IMG/VR virus record: IMGVR_UViG_3300046642_000296
Span: 1 to 64,000 of that record
DNA length: 64,000 nt
Strand: one strand, 5' to 3'
Source: a virus
Part shown: positions 26,901 through 36,918 of the stretch, in pieces
Position numbering within the stretch: the first letter of the stretch is position 1
Layout of the letters: the number at the start of each line of letters is the position of its first letter
Position numbers and translations under genes: made by a program
The notes under the pieces: model-generated
Databases searched by the model: none
The model's input: the letters and a program-made list of their open reading frames with translations, nothing else
Told to the model about the DNA's origin: nothing

Positions 26901-29900
26901 GTACTTCTGCTGGGCCTGGTAGCGGTCATTAGGGTCATCGAGCTGCGGATCGGTCTTCATGAAGTGCTCGACCATCAGGTTCTTCGTGACGTGCTGGTAG
27001 AGCTCCTGTGCGCGGGCCATCGACGAAGGATCGATATGCGCCTGCGTGCCGAGGGCTGCCGCAATCAGCGAGAAGGTGCTCGCTTCCTGCATACTCATCG
27101 GAAAGCCATGGGCCTGCACCTGCAGTGCGAGTCCGGCAGCCTGAACCTTGGCAAAGTTCGCCTGTGCCTGGCCTGTGCTCGCCACATCGGCCGGCATCGG
27201 CTGACGGGAGAACGAATCGAGCAGGCCGGCGAAGGACTTGTTCAGCTCAACGAGCCGGGGATTGGTGCCATAGTTGCTGTTCTGGTACAGCACCGTGCTG
27301 CGCAGTGCCTGGGCAACCGACGGCTGCGTGCGCATCAGCACGGCCGAGTTGAACAGCAGGTTGCTGAACATGTCCGCACCCGGCGTAACCGGTACCTGCT
27401 TGCGGCCATACACCAGCTGCCGGATCGCCTTGAACACGTCCTTGGCCATCTGAACCAGGGAAGAGACAACCGTCTTCTTCCCGAGCTCCGCCAGATCCTT
27501 GCTGGCCAGCGCCCAGGCCATGAACTCGTTCAGTGCCGAAGCCTTACCTTCCGCCGAGCTGTCCATCACCGAGTGGATCGCCGCCACCGCATCAGCGTGA
27601 GCCTGCTGCGCGGCCTCCGACTCCTTCGACACATCGAGCTCGAGGAACTGGCCCATCATCGTTTCGATGCGGCCGATCGTATCCTTGACCACTGCAGCAT
27701 TCGCGCCCAGGTCACTGCCCTGGTAGAACGCATGCACGGTCTCAAACGTCGAGGCGTGGATGAGCTCGTGCGTGAGCGTTTCCGCAGACGGATTGATCAG
27801 GTAGATCCGCTGCGACTGCGGCAGCGTCAGACCCTTCACACCAGGGCCGAACGCTGCGGCCGTGTCACTCTGGTTGAAAGCGAACTTCGCCAGCTGCTCG
27901 GGCGTGCCCGAGATCACCTTGTATCCCTTGGCTCCCAGCGAACGCGGGATCTCTTTCAGAATAGCGGCCTGGTGTTCCGGGATGCCTGCCTGAGTGCGGA
28001 TCTTGTTGACGGCCGTAGTCGAGAGGACACGTACACCAGTGGATTTGTCCACGCGTCCGAGGGAATTGACCTGTTTGGCGATGTCAGCCGACTCGGCCGC
28101 CTGGGTATTAGCCGCAGCCGCTTCCGGCTGTTCAACAGGAACGCCCTGCTGTACCGGTTCCTCAGTTTTCGCTTTTGCACGCAGTTTCTCCAGTTCCTCG
28201 GCGTACAGGTTGGCGAGCTGCGCCGCCTTCTCCTCATCGGTGCCGCTGATCTGGATCTTGCCATCGACGACGTGCGGGGCGCCGGCTGCTGCCATCTGGT
28301 CGACCGACAGGTTCACCCGGTCCATCACATTATGGCGCGCTTCGATCTGCAGGGCTGATTCCTGCAGTGCCTTCGACGTGGCTTCCATCTTCGAGACGAT
28401 GTCTGCAACGTCCACATCCTTGGCCGAGCTGCCCAGACCAAAGAGCGACTTGGCCAGCTGGTCGTGCAGCTCGGGATTGCTGGCGATGAACTTCGCCAGA
28501 TCGAGCTTGCTGGAAACCGACTTCATGAAGCCGCCCCAGGCCTCGGACACTGCCTGCATCGGGTTGCCCCGCCAGGAGTCGAGCACTGCTTCATTGGCTG
28601 CCTGGCTCTGCTCGGTGATCGAATCGAGCGGCATGTTCATACCATCAAAGATCTTCAGCGTGCGGCGCACCCGCGGATCGTTGGCCAGGTTCTGCATCAT
28701 CTTGCCGTCGCCCATGCCGATGTTCAGGAACGGGATACCGGCGACACCAGCGTTGGCCGGACCATAGACGAAGGCTGTCGCCCGGAACGAGCCATCCAGA
28801 GCCCGACCGAAGTCAGTCGTATCGACACCACTGTTTTGCGAACCGGCAACGAAGAAGGACTGATCCTTCGTCTGAACCAGGGGATGGAACACAGCCAGGG
28901 ATTCCATCACCTTGTTCAGCTCATTGCTCGACAGGAACTCATCCCGGCCAAAGTCAGGGTTCGCCTTTTCCTTGGCCTGCAGTGCCGACTCCACACCCTG
29001 GAGGAACAGGTGCTGCATGAAGATCGACTGGGTTTGCGTGGCCTGGCGGATCAGGTTCGTACTCTTCTCCAGATCACCCACTACATCCTTGATGGCACCA
29101 CGCAGCGGATCGACGAACAGCGTGCGCATGTTCGCGGACATGTTCTTCAGTTCCTGCGGTGTGAAGGTGAACTTCGTGAAGCCCTTGCTGACCGTGCTGT
29201 TCTCACCTGCCGGCGTGTCGATCAGGTAGTGCTGACCCTTCTTCGAGCTGTAGACCGCCGTGCTGTCGATCAGGGCATTGATACGCTGGTTGAACTTCGC
29301 CCACTTTTCCTCGGCGAGCGGATCATCCGGAAAGAAGGCTTCAGCCGGCGTGACCGACTGGTCAGCCTCTTCAGCATCAGCCATGCGCTGCGCGGCCGCA
29401 CTCATGCGCTCGTAGATCGCATCGACCATGCCACCCACCATCTTGGCGGCAATGCCGTTGGCACCCGAGCCGTAGATCGTGATCGTCAGCGGGTTCTTGG
29501 CGATGCCCCGGCCGATTTCGAGCTTGCCATCCTTGATGTCCAGATCAGGCAGGAACATGTCCATCAGGTTCATCAGGTGGCGTTGCTGCTGCAGCACCTT
29601 GTCATTGCCCTGGCTCTTCAGGGACTGGTTCAGGTCGGCGAGGTGGCTGCGCAGCCGGTCGGTCGTGGCCTGATACAGGTCAGCCGCACCGTCAGGCGTC
29701 GAGCGGATTGCCGATGAGGTATTGGCTGCCGTGCCGCCGATCTCCAGCCCACCACGGCGCATGTTCGATACCCAGTCAGCCGTGAATGGCCCGGTCGAGA
29801 GCAGCGCCATGGCATTGACCGGACCATTGGTCATGCCATCGGCCTCGAGGTACTTGGTCGTGGTGAACTTCGCACGCTCCTCCGCCGACGCATTCTGGAA

Positions 29901-32900
29901 GCGGGCGTACTCGGTCAGTGCATGCAGAGCCAGAGGAGAGATATCCTGGCCGGCTGCCGTGAACGCATCCTCCACCGTCTTCGTGGCCAGCGGTGCCTCA
30001 TCCTTCAGCCACTTCTGGAAGTGCTCGACTGCCGGCGCAAAGACGCCATTGAGCAGGCCATCGAGCTTGCTGTGGATGTCGGCGTAGGCGAGGTTGTGCA
30101 CCTTGATGCCAAGCGCCTGGGCCAGACCCAGTTCGAATGCCTGCATGTGCTTCGCATCGGTCAGATCGAGCGTGGCACGCGTGGGCAGCATCACTTCGCG
30201 GATGAGCTTCGTCGACTGCGGGTTGTACTTGCCGAGCATCTGCATGCGGCCCACCCGGCTCATGTTGTAGCCGTAGTGGTTGGGCACATCTTCGGGCGCA
30301 ACACCCTGCTCCTGCGCCGTAGCCTCAATGGCTGCGTGCAGGTTCTGGAACTCCCGGTAAGCGGCCCGGATGGTCATGTTCTGACCGGCGAGTGATGCCT
30401 TGTGGTTGTCGTTGAGCGCTCGGCCTTCCAGATCCCCTGCCCCGAACCAGCGAAGCGCAACAGCCTCGGTCATGTCGTGATAGAGGCTGGCCATCGTCGG
30501 ATTCAGAAAGTGCGGCGTGTCCTGCTCGTTCTTCAGTGCCGAGAGCTGGTCGCCCGTGTTCTTCACGTACTCATTGCGCATCTGGCGACGGGCCACGTCC
30601 GGACGCTGGTCATCGAAATAGTAGGTCGGCGTCGACTTCGTGAGCACCGACTTTTCAATGAGGTCCGGGAACTTGCGGATCGCGTCTTCCTTGTCGAGCT
30701 TCACCGGCAGGATCCGGTTGATCGACTTGACGTGCTCACTCTCCACCGTGTCTTTCGTGGGATCGATCAGACCGCCGTTCTCGGACGTGTCCACCCAGAT
30801 CTTGTCCGTGTCGATGAGACCGTGCTCCTGCAGCGCACGCAGCACTTCGGCCGCCATCGACAGCGGGATACCTTCGGTGTAGCCGATCGGTGCGTCACGG
30901 TTTGCACGCACACCCCAGTACTGCTGGATCTTCGCAGCGAGTGAGTCGAGTGCTTCGGTCGTGCCGATGCTGCCCTTCAGGCGGGTAACGAGCGTGTCAT
31001 CGACAGCACCCACCGGAACGCCGGTGAGCTCCGACGCATGCTGCGCATCGAACACATTGCCAAGCTGACCGGAGCCAAGAAACCAGGTCATGCCGGCGAG
31101 CGCTGCACCCTGCAGCAGCTGCTCGTTATACTGCAGCCGGCCGTCGACGTTTTCCGTCAGGTTCAGCAGCTTGCCATCGACCCAGCGGTGAGCATGAGCG
31201 GCCTTGCCTTCCTCATTGAGGAAGCGCTCGCCCACACGCTTGTCCGTGAGGAACTTGTCCAGGTTGTCACGCAGCGTGCCGAGGATCCGGTCAATGTCAC
31301 GGAAGGCCGTGGCATAACCCTTCCATACATCCTTGCTGAACTCTTCCGGCATTGCTCGGATCGCCTGCTTCACCGAGTCGGCAATGGCCTGCACCGGCTC
31401 TTCATGAAGCACGACATTGCTCGGCGGCGTGTTCTCGTCAGCACCCCTGGCCGGTCGGAAAGCCTGGGTGAACTGGTTGCCACCGGCTTTCGGTTCGATC
31501 AGTTGCGGATAGGCCGCGGCCAGTCCCTGCTTCTGTTCAGCAACAGGCGCAGCCCCAACCTTCTCTGCAGGCTTTGCTTCGGGTTTGACTACCGGCGCAG
31601 CATCTGCCTTCACTGGCTCAGTTGTCTTGACCTCTGCCTTAACTTCAACCGGAGCCTGTTCAACCGGCTTGCTGGTAGGTGCCGGTGCAGCTTCCCTGGT
31701 GGCGACCTTCGGCTCAGCAGGCGTAACAGTCTGTTGCGGCGCCTGGCTCTTTGCCTGGACCGGCGTAGACTTTGCTGAACGGGTACCATCCTTGAATTCA
31801 CGGACGACATCATCCAGTGAACCATCAGCCAGCCGGGAATCCAGAGGAGTCTGTGTCAGATGCTCAACATTCAGTTCGGGAAAAGCCGTACTCAGATGGT
31901 TGTGGAGGTCCGTCAGGAACTTCGCCTCACTGGCTACTCGCCGGGCCAGAGCAACACTGGTCTTGCTCGTCGGATTGACGAACACACCTTCCTTCGACTT
32001 GCCGAAGCTGCGGTCCGCGTTGGCGGAGAGCGTCTCGTAATGGACCGTGCTTCGTACACCATCCTTGGCCGTAGCCAGATGCCCGTTGATCGCCGCGAGC
32101 TTGTTCTGCTGGCTCTGGGCAAACTTCTGGAGGTCAAGCAGCTGGCTGCGGGCACCATCGAGATCACCCGAACGGTACGCCGAGCGAATCGTCTGCGCAT
32201 GGCCCAGCGCCGACTTCTGGAACGGGTTCGCCGCATCTTCCACAGCCACATTCTTCGCCACCAGATCCTGCGGGCTTAGCGGCTTGTCACCGTTGGCCGT
32301 CAGTTCATCGAAGTGCGTCTGGGCCGTCTTGAGCAATGCGGCCGCCGCCAGCAGGGCACGACGCTGCGGATCATTGAGCCCGATCGACGTAGCGTGTTTG
32401 AGCGCGATCTGCACCGACGGCAGATCCAGCTTCTGCGGCGCCACTTCAGCGAGGTTCGCAATCGTCTTCGCATCCGCCAGACCTTCCGGCGTCTGGACGC
32501 GTTGTTCGGTCAGCGGTTTGATGATGTCGGCTGCCCGGTCCACCAGGGTCTTCGCCGCACGGTCAGCGCGAGCCATCCCCGGAGTCGATTCCACACCCTT
32601 GGCGAATGTCGCCACGTCATCAGCGAATGCACGGGCTTCATGCCCCTGTGGGAGGTCATCAAGGGCATGCGGATTGGCATCGGCAAAGCGGCCAATGTCA
32701 GCCTTCTCCTGCTCGAGCTGCGCCGCCACTGCAAGGCGATCGGCTTCCGGATGCTCCGTATCCTGCAGGTAGGCCTGCATGTTCTGGATCGCCGTGAAGC
32801 GGTTGGTCGCATCGCCGACGGCCTGCTGGGCAGCCGGATGCCACTGCGCCACCTGCTCCGGTGAGAGCTCGGTGATCTTCGACGCCTGATCGAGGTAATC

Positions 32901-34778
32901 GTTGGCGCGAGCCTTCGCTTCCGGCGACAGGTCCGGCGTGTCGTTGACCGACTGCCTGAGTGCTTCCGCCTGGCTCGGTGCCGTGGCCTGCATGTCCTGT
33001 GCAGCCTGGGCAACCGTTTCATCGGCCACCGGCGAATCCTGCTCGTTCTGCTTCATGACTGCATCGCCACGATTGGCGAAATAGTCGGTCACCTTCGAGA
33101 CATAGGGCTTCGCCGTCTGAACCAGGGAACCCAATGCCGAGCCTGCTGCGCCAGCGAGACCCGTACCGGTTTCAGCGACAGCTGAGCCCGCATCCTTCAG
33201 GGTCGAGAGACCCGCACGGATCTGGTCGATGGCCGGGCTATTACGCGCAGCATCCACACCGGCACCGATGCCTTTGGCGGCGAGCGTAGCAGCACCGAGC
33301 GGCGCACGGATGGCTGCACCCAGCGCCACACCAGGAGCTGCCACATGGCCGGCAGCCGCCGCACCATAGAGCGCACCCTGGCCGAACTGCTGACCTACGG
33401 AGTCGAGCAGATCCTGGGCCGGATTCGATCCCTGGCTCTCAGCGTAGTTCTGCGCTACCTGGCCTGTGGCGTTCTGCGTACCCTCTTCGAGCGCTTCCTT
33501 GCCCACGTTCTGCAAGGCCGTGCGCACACCACCGAGCTTGAACGGATGGGCTTCGAACGGTGCCACCAGTGCGCCAGTGAGCACGCCGGCCGGTGCCTGC
33601 CACTTCGCAGCCGTTGCGCCTTCATTGCCGGCGAGCGTGGCCCGTGCATCTTCCGGTGTCATGCCGCCCGCCACCAGCTTATTGAAAGCTGGCGACTGCT
33701 GGGCGAGCGTAGCCGGGTCCGTGTTCATCACATCAGCGGCGGTCTGCTGGTAAGCACCCGCCCCTTCCATCGCACCGATGGCCAGCGAACCAGGGACGTA
33801 CTTCTCACCTGCCTGCACCGCGGCGTCGAGCAGCCGGGATGCGGAGTTCGTGCCGGTCGCACGGGCAATATCGGCTGACATGCCAAGACCGAGCCGGGCA
33901 GTTTCCGGCAGGATCGCCTTGCCGGTCGCACCGATCACCTTGGCGACCGGTCCCGTTGCAAGCAGCGATCCGACAGCATTCGAGGCGCCTTCTCCAAACG
34001 CTGTCGGATCTGCCACTTGATGGCCCACCGAGTCAAGGACATTACGGCCTTCACGGCGCAATGTAGCCACCACGTCATGGCTGGGAGACTTGTAGCCCAG
34101 CGCAGCATCGAGCGCATTCAGTGAAGTTTCAACACTGCCCGGACTGGCAGCCTTCTCTTTCTCGAACTGGGCCTGGTTGTCCCGGCTCGTGAGCGAGTCG
34201 AGTGCGGCCACCTGGCTGGCACTGTCCTGGGCAGTCTGCGACTTGTAGCCTTGTTGCGTGTTTTGCCAGTCACCCAGGCTCTGCGCAATCGAGGCGCCGA
34301 GCTTCGGATCGATCACATGCGCGCCCAGTGCACCGAAGGAACCAAGGGTGGAAGCGAGACCGGTACCCAGCGAGTTGGCAGAGTCACCCAGGATCTGGCC
34401 CAGATCACGCGAGCGGGCATCCTGATTGCCGACATCACGCGTGGCCGAGACATAGCGGTCCAGCATTTTCTGGCCTTCATCACCGTACTTGGCGACGAAC
34501 GACACGGGGTCCATCGTGCGCAGGTCATGTTCAACCGGACTGGCTGATGCCAGACCCGCATTGCTTTGACGGCTGGCGGCCACAGCCAGCGGGTAATACG
34601 ACTGCTGCGTGAGACCGGAGACTTTCTCGACGATCGAGGCCTGCTTGTCAGGCGTGAGGAAGGAGAGTTGCTGCTGGATCCGGGCGGAAGTCGCATCGAG
34701 CGACTGCGGAGCGTTGACCGGTGCCGGTGGTGCAGCTGCATTCGCAGCAGCGTCCAGCAGGGAATTCAGGTCTGCCAT
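23910..34778 (-). CDS. Virion-encapsidated RNA polymerase (N4 gp50 vRNAP), 3622 aa
   Basis: T7-like motifs RVGRMQM, EADGMTNG (A), RGIAKNPLTITIYGSG (B) and KIFDGMN (C). Its size and apparent lack of Cys match N4 vRNAP. Confidence 0.97.
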   Translation of the reverse strand: MADLNSLLDAAANAAAPPAPVNAPQSLDATSARIQQQLSFLTPDKQASIVEKVSGLTQQSYYPLAVAASRQSNAGLASASPVEHDLRTMDPVSFVAKYGDEGQKMLDRYVSATRDVGNQDARSRDLGQILGDSANSLGTGLASTLGSFGALGAHVIDPKLGASIAQSLGDWQNTQQGYKSQTAQDSASQVAALDSLTSRDNQAQFEKEKAASPGSVETSLNALDAALGYKSPSHDVVATLRREGRNVLDSVGHQVADPTAFGEGASNAVGSLLATGPVAKVIGATGKAILPETARLGLGMSADIARATGTNSASRLLDAAVQAGEKYVPGSLAIGAMEGAGAYQQTAADVMNTDPATLAQQSPAFNKLVAGGMTPEDARATLAGNEGATAAKWQAPAGVLTGALVAPFEAHPFKLGGVRTALQNVGKEALEEGTQNATGQVAQNYAESQGSNPAQDLLDSVGQQFGQGALYGAAAAGHVAAPGVALGAAIRAPLGAATLAAKGIGAGVDAARNSPAIDQIRAGLSTLKDAGSAVAETGTGLAGAAGSALGSLVQTAKPYVSKVTDYFANRGDAVMKQNEQDSPVADETVAQAAQDMQATAPSQAEALRQSVNDTPDLSPEAKARANDYLDQASKITELSPEQVAQWHPAAQQAVGDATNRFTAIQNMQAYLQDTEHPEADRLAVAAQLEQEKADIGRFADANPHALDDLPQGHEARAFADDVATFAKGVESTPGMARADRAAKTLVDRAADIIKPLTEQRVQTPEGLADAKTIANLAEVAPQKLDLPSVQIALKHATSIGLNDPQRRALLAAAALLKTAQTHFDELTANGDKPLSPQDLVAKNVAVEDAANPFQKSALGHAQTIRSAYRSGDLDGARSQLLDLQKFAQSQQNKLAAINGHLATAKDGVRSTVHYETLSANADRSFGKSKEGVFVNPTSKTSVALARRVASEAKFLTDLHNHLSTAFPELNVEHLTQTPLDSRLADGSLDDVVREFKDGTRSAKSTPVQAKSQAPQQTVTPAEPKVATREAAPAPTSKPVEQAPVEVKAEVKTTEPVKADAAPVVKPEAKPAEKVGAAPVAEQKQGLAAAYPQLIEPKAGGNQFTQAFRPARGADENTPPSNVVLHEEPVQAIADSVKQAIRAMPEEFSKDVWKGYATAFRDIDRILGTLRDNLDKFLTDKRVGERFLNEEGKAAHAHRWVDGKLLNLTENVDGRLQYNEQLLQGAALAGMTWFLGSGQLGNVFDAQHASELTGVPVGAVDDTLVTRLKGSIGTTEALDSLAAKIQQYWGVRANRDAPIGYTEGIPLSMAAEVLRALQEHGLIDTDKIWVDTSENGGLIDPTKDTVESEHVKSINRILPVKLDKEDAIRKFPDLIEKSVLTKSTPTYYFDDQRPDVARRQMRNEYVKNTGDQLSALKNEQDTPHFLNPTMASLYHDMTEAVALRWFGAGDLEGRALNDNHKASLAGQNMTIRAAYREFQNLHAAIEATAQEQGVAPEDVPNHYGYNMSRVGRMQMLGKYNPQSTKLIREVMLPTRATLDLTDAKHMQAFELGLAQALGIKVHNLAYADIHSKLDGLLNGVFAPAVEHFQKWLKDEAPLATKTVEDAFTAAGQDISPLALHALTEYARFQNASAEERAKFTTTKYLEADGMTNGPVNAMALLSTGPFTADWVSNMRRGGLEIGGTAANTSSAIRSTPDGAADLYQATTDRLRSHLADLNQSLKSQGNDKVLQQQRHLMNLMDMFLPDLDIKDGKLEIGRGIAKNPLTITIYGSGANGIAAKMVGGMVDAIYERMSAAAQRMADAEEADQSVTPAEAFFPDDPLAEEKWAKFNQRINALIDSTAVYSSKKGQHYLIDTPAGENSTVSKGFTKFTFTPQELKNMSANMRTLFVDPLRGAIKDVVGDLEKSTNLIRQATQTQSIFMQHLFLQGVESALQAKEKANPDFGRDEFLSSNELNKVMESLAVFHPLVQTKDQSFFVAGSQNSGVDTTDFGRALDGSFRATAFVYGPANAGVAGIPFLNIGMGDGKMMQNLANDPRVRRTLKIFDGMNMPLDSITEQSQAANEAVLDSWRGNPMQAVSEAWGGFMKSVSSKLDLAKFIASNPELHDQLAKSLFGLGSSAKDVDVADIVSKMEATSKALQESALQIEARHNVMDRVNLSVDQMAAAGAPHVVDGKIQISGTDEEKAAQLANLYAEELEKLRAKAKTEEPVQQGVPVEQPEAAAANTQAAESADIAKQVNSLGRVDKSTGVRVLSTTAVNKIRTQAGIPEHQAAILKEIPRSLGAKGYKVISGTPEQLAKFAFNQSDTAAAFGPGVKGLTLPQSQRIYLINPSAETLTHELIHASTFETVHAFYQGSDLGANAAVVKDTIGRIETMMGQFLELDVSKESEAAQQAHADAVAAIHSVMDSSAEGKASALNEFMAWALASKDLAELGKKTVVSSLVQMAKDVFKAIRQLVYGRKQVPVTPGADMFSNLLFNSAVLMRTQPSVAQALRSTVLYQNSNYGTNPRLVELNKSFAGLLDSFSRQPMPADVASTGQAQANFAKVQAAGLALQVQAHGFPMSMQEASTFSLIAAALGTQAHIDPSSMARAQELYQHVTKNLMVEHFMKTDPQLDDPNDRYQAQQKYNMVMGDFGTSTDKAGRSSLMPVFLGLAMVNDDFRSVLQKMDLPKGEKSAAKSRLDAMLENLGMGLMGRLSDLMAGDTKSSNVRDSIDSLMRHVQDVAHDRESFMRQTWAGDAVDSLNATVVQGVERVTDKIIDSMQQVIDDPAASPLSKNLAKYAQVSARMATEKNGNKVAESVVALMNRANAWQPLHDLVYDFVGRTDENAPVYDMTKAVRAEISQDRQNYREHVPGIIADQFSRPLEDSEWSMLHRALGRTDIAALRSHFSHEDIQGMLGDAKTLDKAINDLEGKVQQADPANWNLYQKKMQQLAKFQMTGKVGTNLLRNAEAISRLFLEKSAKKTGKRDADFIRMVDHLTSLYALEQLSPTEKGMLASLVQQESAGLKFTTDYLVGQRAEEQRKAEQSPRGRINGFKGYIPEQQKTGVHLMVADDANYQALTERSYVRVADYKGSSADGLKGRMGYYFAPVSSRTLFNQGIFQNVRQSVNGVDIGSGFNNSSMIAGRITDRAEVARTALNLARGESGMEPLMPVFDEKGVPVAFERSIDPQQAQRAVSEQNLAQMIGVWRGRQVEEAKAQEFNNALIDALHARYEADIRESASNQKEYVNLSDPRELAKDPVIADAVKLMTPETRQRIKAVFGDHFYVSRDMLHDAMGYRNASVGDVFTGNSRWSPETQEYMKRVMIGMFGNKAYQYFTNAEKTLQNFIGDAKTLIVVKSVVVPVTNMLGNMLQLVGRGVPIKHIAMGAPRKIAETNFYVKGRQQQIQLEAQMRTATEDPVATRKLSAQWQSIEDSFKRLSIHPLIQAGEFTGISDASRVGSDDIALTSGKVQSYLEAQVDKLPKALQTAGRYALVTKDTALFKGLQKSVEYGDFIAKALLYDDLTKRQNKSSAYALSRVTEEFVNYDKLPGRFRGYLESMGLLWFYNFKIRAAKVAMSMVRNNPVHSLLAASVPIPHMFGSVGTPLGDNFFTKLMDGGLTHSFGVGQVFHAPMMNPWVNIFG

Positions 34779-34792
34779 TGACGGTCCCTGTA

Positions 34793-34810
34793 TAAGAGAT
34801 AAGTTTGAGG
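34793..34810 (+). promoter_or_regulatory. Conserved 18-bp motif copy just upstream of the vRNAP start (opposite strand)
   Basis: TAAGAGATAAGTTTGAGG. Confidence 0.7.
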
Positions 34811-34827
34811 TAGAAGTTTACGCCAGA

Positions 34828-34864
34828 TAAAGAAAAAGCCCCACCATTTCTGGTGAGGCTCTTC
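34828..34864 (-). terminator. Rho-independent terminator after the gp51-like gene
   Basis: On + strand: AAAGAAAAAGCCCCACCA-TTTC-TGGTGAGGCT, giving a U-tract on the - strand. Confidence 0.7.
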
Positions 34865-34881
34865 GTGAAGTCAGGTCAGTT

Positions 34882-36909
34882 TCAACCCGGTGCTTTGAAG
34901 CCTGCAGGGAAGTTTACAGAAGCATCGTTCACTGCGGTAGAGCGAAGCAGTGCTGCCTGTGCCATTGCTGCATCGTAGGCATCCTGGTAGCGCTGCAGAC
35001 CCGTGAACTGCGGATCACTCTTCGCCTTCTGGCGGGCATTGGCCAGTGCCGTAGCGGCCACCTGTACTGCCTGACCGGCCGCGGCAAGCTGTGCCTGCAG
35101 CTGGGCAGTATGCTGCGTCTGGTTGTACTTCAGCACACCCTTGCCGCCTGACGCCTGGCTGATTGCTGCAGTCACAGCATCATCATTGACCGAGGCACCA
35201 CTCGGCAGCGTATCCCCGAGCCAGGTGCGATCGGAGTCGATGCCGAAGTTGTGCACTGCATTCGTGATCGCAGTGACGATCTTGCCGTGCCGGTTCTGCA
35301 CATTGTTCGCCAGCAGCGTGGCGGCCGCCTTCGGGTTGATGCCCGCACCCTCCGTGATCTGATGGATCCTGGCGACGGTCTGCCCCAGATCCGCGCCCTT
35401 GAACGCAGCATTGCTGGCAATCAGGTTCGCCGCCTCATCCGTTTCCGAGGTAGTGGAGCCTGCGCCGGCAGCGATCGCCTTTTCTACTGGCGAGCTGCGG
35501 TTATAGTCAATCCGCCCCTGCATCAGGTTGTTCACATCCCCCAGTTGCGAGAGCAGCTGCGTGGCGTTGTTGCGCAGATCCTGGCCATTGGCTGCCTGCG
35601 CCGTGCCTTCCTGCTTCTGGATCAGCTGCTTCATCTGATCCCAGGAGATATTGGCGAAGGCGCCCTTCTGGTCCGCACCGGGAATGCCCTTCAGCGAAGA
35701 CCAGGTGCCCGTGAGGTCGCCGCTCTTGCGGGCATCGAAGATCGCCTTGCCAAGCTGGTCCTGCACAGCGGGCGTGAACGCCGTGCCGACCGGCAGATTG
35801 AGCTTGGCAGCAAAGTCCTTCAGCGTGTCCCGGTTGATCTGGTATGCACCGATGGGTGAGTTGCCCTTCGACTTCTGCAACTGGTCCTGCAGGCCGCCGT
35901 CCTTGGTGAGGTCGGCGATCGACATCGTGGTGATCGGCTGATCCGTCTTGCCGTAGCCGTAGGTGACGTTGTACACACCGCCATCCTTGGTTCCCGGCGT
36001 GCCGAGATCGAGTGGCGCCCCACCCATGGCGCCAACGTTGCCACCCGTCGCCGCGCTCAGTGCTGCCGTCACACCGCCTGCACCGGCTCCACTGCCTGCA
36101 CCAGCGGCCGGCACACCTGCTACCCCCGCCGCACCGGTGCCGTACTGGCGATCCAGTGCTGCGCGGACAATGGCCGATGCACCCGGCGACAGGTTGCTGA
36201 ACTCGGTGTTGAACCGGGTGCGGGCTTCGGTCTCGTCTCCCGCATGCGAGAGCGCAGACATGGCCGTCAACGCTGCCTGGGTGTCCTGATCGTTACGCTT
36301 AGCCGTCGACAGGTCAAAGGAGCGCTGACTGTTGTTGATGTTCGTGCCGGTCAGCGATGCGTCACCCTGTTCAAGACCCTGACCCTTTGCGGCAAAGGAG
36401 AGGATCTGGTCGGGTGTGAGCTTGGCAAATGCCGGATCCTGCATCGCCTGGGCGACACCGGCTTTGTCCTGCTTGCTCGCCGCCAGCGACAGCGCAGCGA
36501 TCGCCGGACTGGCTGCGGACAGCGCATCTGCCTGGCTGTTGCTGCGGGCATTGGTGATCGCCGTCTGGTCGAAGTTCTGCTTCGTCGTGGCCTCATTCAG
36601 CAGCGAACCCACCCGGTTCTGGATCGTGCCGAGTGTTGCTGCATCCACTCGCGACGGATCGACACCCCCCAGGGAGCCAAGGAGAGAACCGTTGGCCAGC
36701 GCAGCCTTCAGTGCATCCGGATCCTGGAAACGGGCCGCTGCCTGCGCCGCGGCATTGTCGGCGAGCTGCGTCTGCGCACGGCCGTAGTTGCCAAGCGCAT
36801 CGGACAGGCCATTCGTTCCATTGGTCAGCAACTGGGCGGCCGTGGCCAGCCCGTTGATGCCATCACTCATACGGGGCGAATCTACGTTTCGCCAGGTCAA
36901 TACAGCCAT
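34882..36909 (-). CDS. Internal virion/ejection protein with lysozyme-like domain (N4 gp51-like)
   Basis: N-terminal LTWRNVD; a muramidase-like segment YNVTYG...PIGAYQINRDTL...FTPAVQDQLG. Confidence 0.8.
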   Translation of the reverse strand: MAVLTWRNVDSPRMSDGINGLATAAQLLTNGTNGLSDALGNYGRAQTQLADNAAAQAAARFQDPDALKAALANGSLLGSLGGVDPSRVDAATLGTIQNRVGSLLNEATTKQNFDQTAITNARSNSQADALSAASPAIAALSLAASKQDKAGVAQAMQDPAFAKLTPDQILSFAAKGQGLEQGDASLTGTNINNSQRSFDLSTAKRNDQDTQAALTAMSALSHAGDETEARTRFNTEFSNLSPGASAIVRAALDRQYGTGAAGVAGVPAAGAGSGAGAGGVTAALSAATGGNVGAMGGAPLDLGTPGTKDGGVYNVTYGYGKTDQPITTMSIADLTKDGGLQDQLQKSKGNSPIGAYQINRDTLKDFAAKLNLPVGTAFTPAVQDQLGKAIFDARKSGDLTGTWSSLKGIPGADQKGAFANISWDQMKQLIQKQEGTAQAANGQDLRNNATQLLSQLGDVNNLMQGRIDYNRSSPVEKAIAAGAGSTTSETDEAANLIASNAAFKGADLGQTVARIHQITEGAGINPKAAATLLANNVQNRHGKIVTAITNAVHNFGIDSDRTWLGDTLPSGASVNDDAVTAAISQASGGKGVLKYNQTQHTAQLQAQLAAAGQAVQVAATALANARQKAKSDPQFTGLQRYQDAYDAAMAQAALLRSTAVNDASVNFPAGFKAPG

Positions 36910-36918
36910 GATTCCCCC

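Noticed and set aside
25635-28358. 907-aa + strand ORF, and similar long antisense ORFs (7463-8872, 8832-10196, 11866-13077, 18360-20345, 40819-42903)
   Set aside because: These are shadow frames opposite well-supported genes. They arise from high-GC codon bias and lack RBSs or recognisable motifs.
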